DNA of 64,000 nucleotides from Escherichia phage UoN_LG358_1. The stretch lies in the sequence record OK570374; one strand, given 5' to 3'. Below the pieces are notes generated by a model. That model was given only the letters and a program-made list of their open reading frames with translations. It made no database searches and had not been told where the DNA came from. Below are positions 8,452 through 17,008 of the stretch, in pieces (within the stretch, counting starts at the first letter, position 1; each line of letters starts with the position of its first letter). A program made the translations under genes and the position numbers.

Positions 8452-9777
8452 TTATACAAAGAAAACATCATGGCGGCCACGAGTTGCACCCACATAAAGA
8501 AGTTCTAGCTTAAACTTATTATCGCTGCTTACGTGAATACACGGAGTATAAATGAAACTACTATCTACAGAAATACCCTGAGCTTTATGGAACGTTGAAC
8601 AAGGTAAAGCTTTAACCTTATGAAATTTTCGTTTAGCATCCCAGAATTCTGACCAAGGAGCTTTACCGCCTTTATTCCAGTTTTTATAAGTATCTGCCGT
8701 CTTTGCCAAGAAAAACTGAAATTTGTTCATTTCTTGTTCGTCAGATATTACATTAATTTTCTCACGAGCATATTCTTCATCGTCATAAGTTTCTACATCT
8801 AAAACCCAGTGACGAATTAGATGTTCACCAGATACTCCCTTTGCTCCCAAGAATGAAGATGTGTAATCTGCACTTAGAATACGAACATATTGACCATTAG
8901 TAAATAATGTTTCATGGAATTTTTTTCCCTCAAATACAAGTTCCCTCATTAAAGGTTCTTGCATAACAATAACTTCTCCTACTACGAACGCTTCTTCCGT
9001 TTGATATAAACGTCTACGAATGATAGAGTTTAATTTATCAACCGACTTATTTGTGAATGCGAGCATTCGGTTTTCAAACAAATCTTCCGGTGATTTGACG
9101 ATACTAAAATATTGCATCATAAAATCTTTAAGTGCCGTTGTACTTGTAAATCCATGCACACCATGACCATCAACAGTTTTTTCGTAAATCCATGAACCGT
9201 TTCTTATATCAGTAGCAACATCAATAATCGGAGCGTTACTGCGCATTACTTCAGTAAGATTTAATTGTTTAAAATCTTTATGAATAAAGAAAGGAGATAT
9301 ATGAGCTTCTGTTTCTCCAGGGTCAACCGGACGAATTTGAGCGACATCTCCAATAGCGACTATAGTACACCATTTAGGAATTGAAGCCATTAGTATTTTA
9401 AATAATTTGCGGTCCCACATTGAAGCTTCGTCACATATTAGCACTCGGCATGATGCTAAATCTGGCACTTCTTTTTGTTCAAACAACATACTTTCTTCAT
9501 ATGTTGTGGGGTTAATTTTTAAAATTTTATGAATAGTATTAGCTTCCATGCCGGACAATTTGGTTAATACTTTTTTGGCTGCATGTGTAGGAGCCGTCAA
9601 AATAATACCAGTTTCGCCAGTAGAAACTAAATGCTCCATGATAAATTTTGTTAACGTAGTTTTACCAGTACCCGCTGGACCGTTGATAGTAACATGGTTT
9701 TTCTTTTCTTTTATAGCTCTAATAGTTTCATCAAATGCTAGTTTCTGGCCAGAAGTCAGCTGCTCAAATGTAATCAT
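8452..9777 (-). CDS. dda: Dda DNA helicase (SF1B)
   Basis: 441 aa; VTINGPAGTGKTTLTKFI...GIILTAPTHAAKKVL closely matches T4 Dda Walker A region. Confidence 0.9.
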   Translation of the reverse strand: MITFEQLTSGQKLAFDETIRAIKEKKNHVTINGPAGTGKTTLTKFIMEHLVSTGETGIILTAPTHAAKKVLTKLSGMEANTIHKILKINPTTYEESMLFEQKEVPDLASCRVLICDEASMWDRKLFKILMASIPKWCTIVAIGDVAQIRPVDPGETEAHISPFFIHKDFKQLNLTEVMRSNAPIIDVATDIRNGSWIYEKTVDGHGVHGFTSTTALKDFMMQYFSIVKSPEDLFENRMLAFTNKSVDKLNSIIRRRLYQTEEAFVVGEVIVMQEPLMRELVFEGKKFHETLFTNGQYVRILSADYTSSFLGAKGVSGEHLIRHWVLDVETYDDEEYAREKINVISDEQEMNKFQFFLAKTADTYKNWNKGGKAPWSEFWDAKRKFHKVKALPCSTFHKAQGISVDSSFIYTPCIHVSSDNKFKLELLYVGATRGRHDVFFV

Positions 9778-10073
9778 ACCACTGATACCCTTTTAACACT
9801 TAATGTGTTCATAATTTGTCTGTTCATTCTACTTTCAATTTCAGAAAGCTTTTTAAACTTCATTTCAACTTTATCGAACCAGAAACGACGTTTCTTAATT
9901 GTAGTTTCTACTTTACCGACATTCAATATATGAGTAAGATAAGTTTTTAGCTGCTCATAATGCTTCACAGCATCATCAAATTTTTCATAGATTGTAGCCT
10001 TTCCAGATTCGAAGTACGGGAGTTCAAACCCGTCTTTATCTTTGTAGACTAACATGTATCCATAGTGCATCAC
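9774..10073 (-). CDS. hypothetical protein (dda.1 position)
   Basis: 99-aa ORF in track. Confidence 0.45.
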   Translation of the reverse strand: MMHYGYMLVYKDKDGFELPYFESGKATIYEKFDDAVKHYEQLKTYLTHILNVGKVETTIKKRRFWFDKVEMKFKKLSEIESRMNRQIMNTLSVKRVSVV

Positions 10074-10852
10074 ATTTTGCCTCGGATAAGTTGTAACAAT
10101 GTTGCAGAAAGTGGAAGACCTTTTTTCAGCTTCGCTTTATCCAAACGAGATAAATTTTGGAAACGAGTAAGACCTTGAATAATAATATCATAATCTTTCA
10201 CGGTGATTTCTGCTTTGCTATTCTTTTTGGATGCAGCGCCTGAAGTTACAGCTTCAGAAGACGGGTATTTTTCAAATATTCTCTTTAATGTTTTAATTCC
10301 GCCTTTGATGCGAGTTTCTAGAGAATCGCGAGTGTCTTTCTGTATTCCGGCTTGCTTAAGATGACTGCGGCGGGCCTGCACGTTTGCCCAAATGCGTTTA
10401 GCTTCTTCACGGCGGACACCGGAAATTTTAGACCAATCAGGCTCTTTGTTCCAATCATGAGTTTCTAATACAAAGTCAGAATGATTGAGGTCAACAGCAG
10501 GTTCTACAACTTTGTTTTTAGAGTCAACGGCGGAAACGATGCGCGCAGCTAGTTCTTCTTGCTTTTTAATGAGGTCATCAATTTCGAAGTTGGCGCGCAG
10601 TTTATTGTACTTCATTTTAACAGGAATAACGTTGCCTTCTACATATCCTTTGTTGTTATCAAACCGCTCGAGAGTCATTTGGTCAGGTCCAAGTTCCTTC
10701 TTGAACTTTTCTCCTGAATATGCACAAGTATCTTGCTCCATGATGTTCATCAAGTACTTCAAAGAAAGATTAAATTCTTTACTTCTAGAAGAAGCACTTT
10801 TGTATGTATGAACCAAACGTTGAGCGATAACAATTTCACGAGGCATGGCCAT
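10070..10852 (-). CDS. hypothetical protein at the T4 srd position; degenerate HNH-like motif
   Basis: 260 aa; CAYSGEKF...MTLERFDNNKGYVEGNVIPV resembles a His-Me finger with Arg in place of the catalytic His; basic C-terminus. Confidence 0.4.
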   Translation of the reverse strand: MAMPREIVIAQRLVHTYKSASSRSKEFNLSLKYLMNIMEQDTCAYSGEKFKKELGPDQMTLERFDNNKGYVEGNVIPVKMKYNKLRANFEIDDLIKKQEELAARIVSAVDSKNKVVEPAVDLNHSDFVLETHDWNKEPDWSKISGVRREEAKRIWANVQARRSHLKQAGIQKDTRDSLETRIKGGIKTLKRIFEKYPSSEAVTSGAASKKNSKAEITVKDYDIIIQGLTRFQNLSRLDKAKLKKGLPLSATLLQLIRGKM

Positions 10853-10907
10853 AACGATATTCCTTATTTGCTTTTTATGCGAAGATGGTATAATGGTTTC
10901 AAGGATT

Positions 10908-10937
10908 ATTCTAATACACTCTATCCGGAAAGTAAAC
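10908..10937 (-). promoter_or_regulatory. T4-type early promoter
   Basis: GTAAACGG element with -10-like TAGAAT 18 bp away on the minus strand, upstream of the ORF starting at 10852. Confidence 0.35.
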
Positions 10938-10939
10938 GG

Positions 10940-11572
10940 TTAGAATGAATAAAAATCCAAATGATATACAGTATATGACGGAGATAAAGGGTCATACTGT
11001 AACTCTTCAATCTCCACTATCTCAAATTGTGTTCCAATAGGGAACATCCATTCATCTTCTCCATTGACCATTTCAAGTTTATCCAGTCTTTCATCAAAAA
11101 TAAAATCTGGGTCTATGCTGTGCATAAATTCTGTGTCTGGCGCAGCCAGAAGCATATTCAGTGCGTGCTCTTGATAGTTAAAAGCAAATGGGCAATTACG
11201 TAATGACAAAATAGTATGAGTACCATACACACTCCCTCCAGCGAATTGTCTTGCTGTGGAAAAATCTGATGTAAATGACGTAACTCGGTCATCAGCAATA
11301 ATTCTTCCTACAGCCATATTTTTCAACCAAGCTTCGGTACGTTTTGACACTCCTCTGTAGAGTTCAACTGGAACGTCAGAACTAATATGCTTACGTATAA
11401 TTTTGTCCAGTTCTACATGCAAAGTTTTGTCAATTTTATCATTCATACACTGCCAAAGTATGCTCTGTTCAAAATCACTGAACATCTTAATTTTTTCTTC
11501 ATACAATCCATAGAGATTGTTATCAACTATGTTACAAACGATTTCATTAAGCTGAGAATTTGTGTATAACAT
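10940..11572 (-). CDS. ADP-ribosyltransferase, ModA/ModB-like (R-S-E class)
   Basis: 210 aa; ELYRGVS (Arg), VTSFTSDFSTA (STS) and GEDEWMF (acidic) motifs in the order typical of mono-ADP-ribosyltransferases; T4 modA/modB position. Confidence 0.6.
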   Translation of the reverse strand: MLYTNSQLNEIVCNIVDNNLYGLYEEKIKMFSDFEQSILWQCMNDKIDKTLHVELDKIIRKHISSDVPVELYRGVSKRTEAWLKNMAVGRIIADDRVTSFTSDFSTARQFAGGSVYGTHTILSLRNCPFAFNYQEHALNMLLAAPDTEFMHSIDPDFIFDERLDKLEMVNGEDEWMFPIGTQFEIVEIEELQYDPLSPSYTVYHLDFYSF

Positions 11573-11598
11573 AATAGCCTCCGTAGTTTACAGAAGCT

Positions 11599-11628
11599 AT
11601 CATAACACATTTTGACTGGGATGTAAAC
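11599..11628 (-). promoter_or_regulatory. T4-type early promoter
   Basis: GTTTAC / 18 bp / TATGAT on the minus strand, just upstream of the ADP-ribosyltransferase start. Confidence 0.4.
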
Positions 11629-11630
11629 GG

Positions 11631-11825
11631 TTATTCTGTCCACGGAGCCCAAGGAGGAGGGTCTAACCAGATAGAAGAGAGTTCTTCTACGAAAGTGTCG
11701 TTGAGTTTTACACCGTGCCGTAAGGCAAGAACAAAAAGCTCTTGTTTGATTTCAGCACGTCGGTTGCCAAATGCTTCTGAATTTTTTGACTGGTCTTCTT
11801 CAAATAAATCAAATAAATCCGACAT
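11631..11825 (-). CDS. hypothetical protein
   Basis: 64-aa ORF in track. Confidence 0.4.
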   Translation of the reverse strand: MSDLFDLFEEDQSKNSEAFGNRRAEIKQELFVLALRHGVKLNDTFVEELSSIWLDPPPWAPWTE

Positions 11826-12310
11826 TACATACCTCTGATGTATTTGACAGCAGTTACGGACATAGTTTTTTCTTCAAATCCATTACGACGAATTCCAGTA
11901 TCATTAAAATGATGCCAAATGAATTTTTCCAATTCAACGATGTGTTCAGGAGTATTTACAATAAATTTTTTGAAGATTTTTGTGCCATATCCATCTGTAT
12001 GACACAAAGCTTCGCTAAAATTGAATTCTGGAAAAATGTATTTCTGACTGAGCAAAGTTTCTACCATACCAAACGGTGAATTTTCGCATTTGTCGATATT
12101 ACAATCATGAATGATTTCTAACAATGCATTTTCGGGAATTCGCATTTTCATAAACTGCTTTTCTAGATTATTATAATGCTCGTTTGAAAAAGGTGCAGGT
12201 TCACCATACTGAGTTAGAACAACTTCAAACTTTTCTCGAGTTTCTTCTACTCGTCGATTAGTTCTTTTATAGAATTTCACTACAAATGACTTTGTTTTCA
12301 TATTTTTCAT
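11825..12310 (-). CDS. hypothetical protein
   Basis: 161-aa ORF in track. Confidence 0.45.
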   Translation of the reverse strand: MKNMKTKSFVVKFYKRTNRRVEETREKFEVVLTQYGEPAPFSNEHYNNLEKQFMKMRIPENALLEIIHDCNIDKCENSPFGMVETLLSQKYIFPEFNFSEALCHTDGYGTKIFKKFIVNTPEHIVELEKFIWHHFNDTGIRRNGFEEKTMSVTAVKYIRGM

Positions 12311-12324
12311 GATATTCTCTTATT

Positions 12325-12528
12325 TTATGACTTATCGCCGTAAATGTTAGTTAAAAGCTTTTTAGCTTCTATTGAAATACGTTTAGCTTCTTGTTCATTG
12401 CGCCAATTTCTAGCGTATTCTTCCGCTTCATGTTGAAGTTCTTGCTCAACTTTAGCAACCCATTCATCATCTAAATGAGTAGGTGTTTCAAACCAATTTT
12501 TGAATTCTTCGTACCATCGTTTAATCAT
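12325..12528 (-). CDS. hypothetical protein
   Basis: 67-aa ORF in track. Confidence 0.4.
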   Translation of the reverse strand: MIKRWYEEFKNWFETPTHLDDEWVAKVEQELQHEAEEYARNWRNEQEAKRISIEAKKLLTNIYGDKS

Positions 12529-12764
12529 AACCAGGATGTCCCAAAGCGAATAACAGATTTTTCACCTACAAAGTGAAAGTGAGCCTCATATACGACACGT
12601 AAAGCAGTACCTTCCTCACGGTAGCAATGAATAAAGATGTCTACTAAATCATACAGATTTGGGCTATTTGTGATAAACAAATGTTCATGAATTAAGCGAT
12701 TTGCAATAAGACTATTGATACCACCAACTTCTTCAACTGGCTTCATCCAGTTAGATGTTTTCAT
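12525..12764 (-). CDS. hypothetical protein (start moved to ATG at 12764 with SD GAGGA)
   Basis: The track ORF extends upstream through the soc terminator hairpin; internal ATG with good SD is more plausible. Confidence 0.4.
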   Translation of the reverse strand: MKTSNWMKPVEEVGGINSLIANRLIHEHLFITNSPNLYDLVDIFIHCYREEGTALRVVYEAHFHFVGEKSVIRFGTSWL

Positions 12765-12811
12765 AATATTATCCTCATTTGATAAAAGAATTATATCATA
12801 TCGTTTAAAAG

Positions 12812-12840
12812 CAAAAAAGGGACTCCCGAAGGAGCCCCTG
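12812..12840 (-). terminator. putative intrinsic terminator downstream of soc
   Basis: AAAAAAGGGACTCCCGAAGGAGCCCCTG: stem with UUCG loop then U-run in the minus orientation. Confidence 0.5.
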
Positions 12841-12843
12841 CAA

Positions 12844-13089
12844 TCAACCACCTGGTACTACTGGCGGTACGCCTTTAAACATATCAGCGTTTTTGGCAAT
12901 CCAAGCGTCTCTTTGAGCTTCTTCAAAAACGGTAGAATACGCCGCTTTTTCGGAAGGGAAGAGTTGATAATGAGAACCAGCAATTTGATGCACGTCGGAG
13001 TAAAGCTTAAAAGCTACAGAAACTTCCATACCTTTTACTTCACCGTCGGCATTTGTATGGTCAAACGTTTTTACGTTAACATAACTCAT
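12844..13089 (-). CDS. soc: small outer capsid protein Soc
   Basis: 81 aa; ...VSVAFKLYSDVHQIAGSHYQLFPSEKAAYSTVFEE... closely matches T4 Soc. Confidence 0.8.
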   Translation of the reverse strand: MSYVNVKTFDHTNADGEVKGMEVSVAFKLYSDVHQIAGSHYQLFPSEKAAYSTVFEEAQRDAWIAKNADMFKGVPPVVPGG

Positions 13090-13121
13090 GTAATTCTCCT
13101 TTGTTGATTACATGAGTATTT

Positions 13122-13274
13122 ATTAATAGTTATTTAAAGCCTCTACTATATCTGCTATGATATCTTCAGAATCGCCAATAAGTTCTCGAAGAGATTTGTA
13201 CTTATCTTCTGGACTTAGAGGATTTAAGCCCCAATATTTTATTAAAGCATTTTCAATATCAGAATATGAAATCA
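13122..13274 (-). CDS. small hypothetical protein (50 aa)
   Basis: Hand-translated MISYSDIENALIKYWGLNPLSPEDKYKSLRELIGDSEDIIADIVEALNNY; ATG directly follows the gene 56 stop. Confidence 0.25.
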
Positions 13275-13793
13275 TTAGTATCCTCGGTTTTGCCGCTCAA
13301 AGTTTTCAGCATTTTTCAGATAGTAAAGTTTAAAGATTTCTTCAGCCGACATGCCTAATCCTTGGAACATATTCAACACAAAGTGAAGAATATCAATCAT
13401 TTCAAATTTAATTTCTAATTGGTCTTTTGAAGACATTTCAGAAATAAGACGATTGCGTAATTCTGCATGTTGTGCTTTCCATGGTTTCCAGACAGAAGAA
13501 GCAGCCTTCTCGCCATTAGACATACCGCCCAGAGAAGTCAACAGCTCACGGAATTCGTCATCGATATAATCTTTCTGATTACGTAGCCAATCAACAACTT
13601 CACCAGCTTTAGCTAAGTCATCTGGATTGCGGTTATAGTCAGGTTTATCATTTGCTAGACGCACTTGCAATGATTTTTGCATGTCAAGCATCACTTGAAG
13701 CGGGTCAATACCAGCATTCACAGCATCATAATACGCATTTTCTGCTTTTTCATTGCCAGAGATGAGTTGAGAACATTCATTAAAATGGGCCAT
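13275..13793 (-). CDS. 56: dCTP pyrophosphatase gp56 (MazG-like)
   Basis: MAHFNECSQLISG...DPLQVMLDMQK... matches T4 gp56; start placed at ATG 13793. Confidence 0.8.
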   Translation of the reverse strand: MAHFNECSQLISGNEKAENAYYDAVNAGIDPLQVMLDMQKSLQVRLANDKPDYNRNPDDLAKAGEVVDWLRNQKDYIDDEFRELLTSLGGMSNGEKAASSVWKPWKAQHAELRNRLISEMSSKDQLEIKFEMIDILHFVLNMFQGLGMSAEEIFKLYYLKNAENFERQNRGY

Positions 13794-13833
13794 TATATTT
13801 CCTGTCAAAGTATTAAATAGTTTAGGAGGATTT

Positions 13834-14043
13834 ATGTCTGAAAAAATTAAAACCCCAGAAAATAAAAATCTGAAGTCTCAATTCGTTGAGAACAAAGGTA
13901 AATTAATCTTAGTTGGAGTTATTACAGCTGTAATAACAGCATGGAACTATATTATCATCCCTTTCGCATTAGCATATGGGTTTACTTTACCTCCAATTCC
14001 ATTGGATAAAGTTATTCATTTCATTATGCTCGGAGGATTTTAA
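13834..14043 (+). CDS. small membrane protein (69 aa), plus strand
   Basis: Strong SD AGGAGGA 7 nt upstream of ATG; hydrophobic segment LILVGVITAVITAWNYIIIPFALAYGF; sits where T4 carries dam. Confidence 0.4.
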   Translation: MSEKIKTPENKNLKSQFVENKGKLILVGVITAVITAWNYIIIPFALAYGFTLPPIPLDKVIHFIMLGGF

Positions 14044-15068
14044 ACTCCAATCTTTGAGTAATTCTTAAGGCGAAGTTGAGCCATCAAACCCGAAGATATA
14101 TTTTCGGAAATATATTTTTCGATGTCTTCAACTTTCGCCCCTTCATTTTTTATCATATCATTAATGTCTTTTTCTTTCCATTGAGATTTATCCCAAAACA
14201 CAACTCTTTCGCCAGCGTCTATCAAACGCTTCATTCGCTTGATTGTGTCTTCTTTTCTTGGTTCATGGTCCATAATCCATACTCTATCTTCTTTAAATGG
14301 AACCAAATCCAAATCAATAGCGCCACCGGTGATGGCAATAGCATTGCCCAAGAACAATGAGTCTATCGGGCCTTCTAATACAAAAATATTTTGACCGGTC
14401 TTTGCTGTGTCTAATCCGTATATTTTTGTTGCATGTTCGTTTCGTTTAATTGTTATGTATTTTTGAGGGGCGTCTTTACGCAATGCTCTTCCTTGAAAAC
14501 TTTCAATAATACCTTTCTCATTAAAGATTGGAATTACTAAACGAGGCTCATTACGTTCTGTTTTATAAGTTCCGGGATTAACGGAATTCACCAAAGCTGG
14601 CCATTCCATCGTAAAATACAAACGGTTCCAACGAGATTTTGGAATACAACGATGTTTAACGTATTTTATAATAGGATGCTCTTCTGACAAACTATCTAAG
14701 CGGCTGCAATGAACTAATTTAATTCCTTCTGGTTCTTTAATTTCAACTTTTTTCACCTCTGGTTTTGTATCAGGCTTAAAAGTCATTTTGTCCTTTCTGA
14801 GTTCTAAAATAAACTCACGGTATAAATCAGGTTCATATTCCTTTAAATACACCCCAATTGGTTTTCCATAATCACAGTTATAACACTTCAAAAATACATC
14901 ATCGCCCGTGCCATAAGCCCAAAAACGAGCTTTTAATGCGTCTTTCTGTGAGTCGCCACAGACTGGGCAGCGGCAGTTTAACTTGAATTGGGATACGTTG
15001 TTTACTTGACGAAAGCGAGGTAAGTGAGATAATGCACGAAATGCATACTCGTTATGGACCCATGACAT
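14040..15068 (-). CDS. 61: DNA primase gp61
   Basis: 342 aa; zinc-ribbon CPVCGDS...CYNC; size matches T4 gp61. Confidence 0.9.
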   Translation of the reverse strand: MSWVHNEYAFRALSHLPRFRQVNNVSQFKLNCRCPVCGDSQKDALKARFWAYGTGDDVFLKCYNCDYGKPIGVYLKEYEPDLYREFILELRKDKMTFKPDTKPEVKKVEIKEPEGIKLVHCSRLDSLSEEHPIIKYVKHRCIPKSRWNRLYFTMEWPALVNSVNPGTYKTERNEPRLVIPIFNEKGIIESFQGRALRKDAPQKYITIKRNEHATKIYGLDTAKTGQNIFVLEGPIDSLFLGNAIAITGGAIDLDLVPFKEDRVWIMDHEPRKEDTIKRMKRLIDAGERVVFWDKSQWKEKDINDMIKNEGAKVEDIEKYISENISSGLMAQLRLKNYSKIGV

Positions 15069-15700
15069 TATACTCTCCTAAAATCGTCTATAATTTTTTG
15101 ATAACTAATATCCGGATATCCCAATTTAATTGCTAATTTTCTAAATTTAACATATCCTATATTACCATTAGAGTTCCAAAGCTCTTTTAATTCATCGTAG
15201 TATTTCCATTGAGGGCCTCTTTTCATTTCTGAAATTATTTTAGAAACATGTGGTCTACGTTTGCCATATGTTGCGCTTCCACTACCCTTTCTTTTTTCTG
15301 ACCACATCTTTTTGGTTTCAATGGAATGTGTTTTTCCATAAAATGGGTTTCCTTTACCGGAGTAAAGACTAGATTGAGTTTTTGATAATTGAGTTCTAAT
15401 CCAACTATATTCCTTATTGTTTCTGCTAGTATATTTTCCATTTATAGTTAATTGCTTAGCAGCGCATAATAACGAATAATATTGCTTTGTGTTCAATTTT
15501 TTATATATTTTTGATAACAATTGATGAACTACGAAATGTTCTGATGCTGTAAGCAAAACCAAATTATCATCACTATCTAGTCCTCCAATAGATTTTGGAA
15601 TTATATGATGTTTTTCTGAATAAAAATTTAATTTAGATTTATCCAGTCCTCGTAATTTAGCTTTGTTGATAATAGAATCATGTATCTTTTGATAATTCAA
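15068..15700 (-). CDS. HNH homing endonuclease
   Basis: 210 aa; HHIIPKSIGGLDSDDNLVLLTASEHFVVH canonical HNH; sits between primase 61 and helicase 41. Confidence 0.7.
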   Translation of the reverse strand: MNYQKIHDSIINKAKLRGLDKSKLNFYSEKHHIIPKSIGGLDSDDNLVLLTASEHFVVHQLLSKIYKKLNTKQYYSLLCAAKQLTINGKYTSRNNKEYSWIRTQLSKTQSSLYSGKGNPFYGKTHSIETKKMWSEKRKGSGSATYGKRRPHVSKIISEMKRGPQWKYYDELKELWNSNGNIGYVKFRKLAIKLGYPDISYQKIIDDFRRV

Positions 15701-15739
15701 TGCATTCTCCTAAGTGGCCTTATTTCTAAGGCCACTATA

Positions 15740-16210
15740 TTACAATTTCTTAAGATTAACTTTAATGCGCTTACGTTTTGAGGGGATTTGTTCTGGACCC
15801 TTGTTGGTTATTGCTCCGGTTGTGGTACCAGAGGCGATATTCTGGACACTTCCACCGGAATCACCGGCTACCATGTCCTCGAACATAGGGAGAGCATCAA
15901 ATATCTCTTTCTGTTCGGATTCGGTTATATTGTATCTAGAAGCGATTGAAGACCAAGCCGACATCATAGAAGCTATTCCATTTAAACCGGGAACAGTTGA
16001 CATCATTCGCTTCATTGAACGAACCGCAGCATGAAACGGAGTATACGCTGCCTTTTCTTCAGGGGTTGATGGTCGTTTAAGCACGCTGCCTTTTTCGTCA
16101 ATGATTTTTGCTTCATATGCGTTCCATTCGGTGAATGGTTTTTGCATTAGACGAATAAACTTATATGCATAAACGGCATCTATACCGTTTTTAATAGTGC
16201 TCATAAACAC
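15740..16210 (-). CDS. hypothetical protein (61.x region)
   Basis: 156-aa ORF in track. Confidence 0.45.
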   Translation of the reverse strand: MFMSTIKNGIDAVYAYKFIRLMQKPFTEWNAYEAKIIDEKGSVLKRPSTPEEKAAYTPFHAAVRSMKRMMSTVPGLNGIASMMSAWSSIASRYNITESEQKEIFDALPMFEDMVAGDSGGSVQNIASGTTTGAITNKGPEQIPSKRKRIKVNLKKL

Positions 16211-16222
16211 CTCCTACGATAT

Positions 16223-16420
16223 TTAATCAATAACAAAAACGGCTTTATTTCCGTTTGCGTCTGTTACTTCATAAGTATCTTCGTCATAGAGAGGTATAAA
16301 CCATTCTACATCAGTATCTGACATAACAGAAATAATATTTTCTGAAATTTTTGTCATTTCGTATTCTTCAAATAAACGAAACACTTCGATATTTGTACTT
16401 GTGCAAGTTGCAGTAGACAT
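16223..16420 (-). CDS. hypothetical protein
   Basis: 65-aa acidic ORF in track. Confidence 0.4.
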   Translation of the reverse strand: MSTATCTSTNIEVFRLFEEYEMTKISENIISVMSDTDVEWFIPLYDEDTYEVTDANGNKAVFVID

Positions 16421-16432
16421 TTAGCCTCTCAT

Positions 16433-16723
16433 TTAAAGTCCAATCCATTCCAGCACTTCAGGAACTGATTTATTTTCACAATAAAGATTAGTGCCAGCAA
16501 CTACCAAATCATTCTGGTCGACATCTTCAATGAGCATCTTTTGATTCGCATTAGCTCCAGCAAGAAGGTCTTTAATTAGCTTAGGTTTTACCGTATCCCA
16601 ATCACCTTCGACAAATTTAAGGCATTGAATAGAATTATAATCAGCTACTCCCGGAGTTGCATGGGCTGGAACTGCTGAACATGATGCTACTACCAATACG
16701 AGACTTGCAATTAACTTTTTCAT
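16433..16723 (-). CDS. sp: periplasmic protein with signal peptide, probable Spackle (Sp)
   Basis: MKKLIASLVLVVASCSAVPAHA signal peptide from ATG 16723; about 97 aa; T4 sp position between 61 and 41. Confidence 0.5.
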   Translation of the reverse strand: MKKLIASLVLVVASCSAVPAHATPGVADYNSIQCLKFVEGDWDTVKPKLIKDLLAGANANQKMLIEDVDQNDLVVAGTNLYCENKSVPEVLEWIGL

Positions 16724-16751
16724 TATTACTCTCCAGTTTGTTGATAAAGTA

Positions 16752-16781
16752 ATAGTATCACATCCTTCCATGGATGTAAAC
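16752..16781 (-). promoter_or_regulatory. T4-type early promoter (conserved cassette with CCATGG in spacer)
   Basis: Plus AATAGTATCACATCCTTCCATGGATGTAAACGG; reverse complement gives GTTTAC-18-TACTAT. Confidence 0.4.
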
Positions 16782-16783
16782 GG

Positions 16784-17008
16784 TCAACTCAAACTTTTCA
16801 TTGCTTCTTCAAACGTTAATTTTTTAACTGAAAGATACCGCGCCGAGCTAATTTTCTTACCATTGCTAAGGACGACCAGTGTCCCGTAGTCCCATCCTGA
16901 TAAATCTATTGAGTTCCATATATCAACACATACTTGTAGTGACTCATCCGCTACTATGAACTTCTCGTGACCATCTCGGTCACGATTGGCAATTAAAACA
17001 TAAATCAA
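16784..17008 (-). CDS. hypothetical protein (dmd position)
   Basis: 74-aa ORF immediately downstream of gene 41. Confidence 0.4.
   Translation of the reverse strand: MIYVLIANRDRDGHEKFIVADESLQVCVDIWNSIDLSGWDYGTLVVLSNGKKISSARYLSVKKLTFEEAMKSLS

Noticed and set aside
13090-13140. Late promoter (TATAAATA) upstream of soc
   Set aside because: Only an approximate match (TAATAAATAC) was found by eye; not confident enough to annotate.
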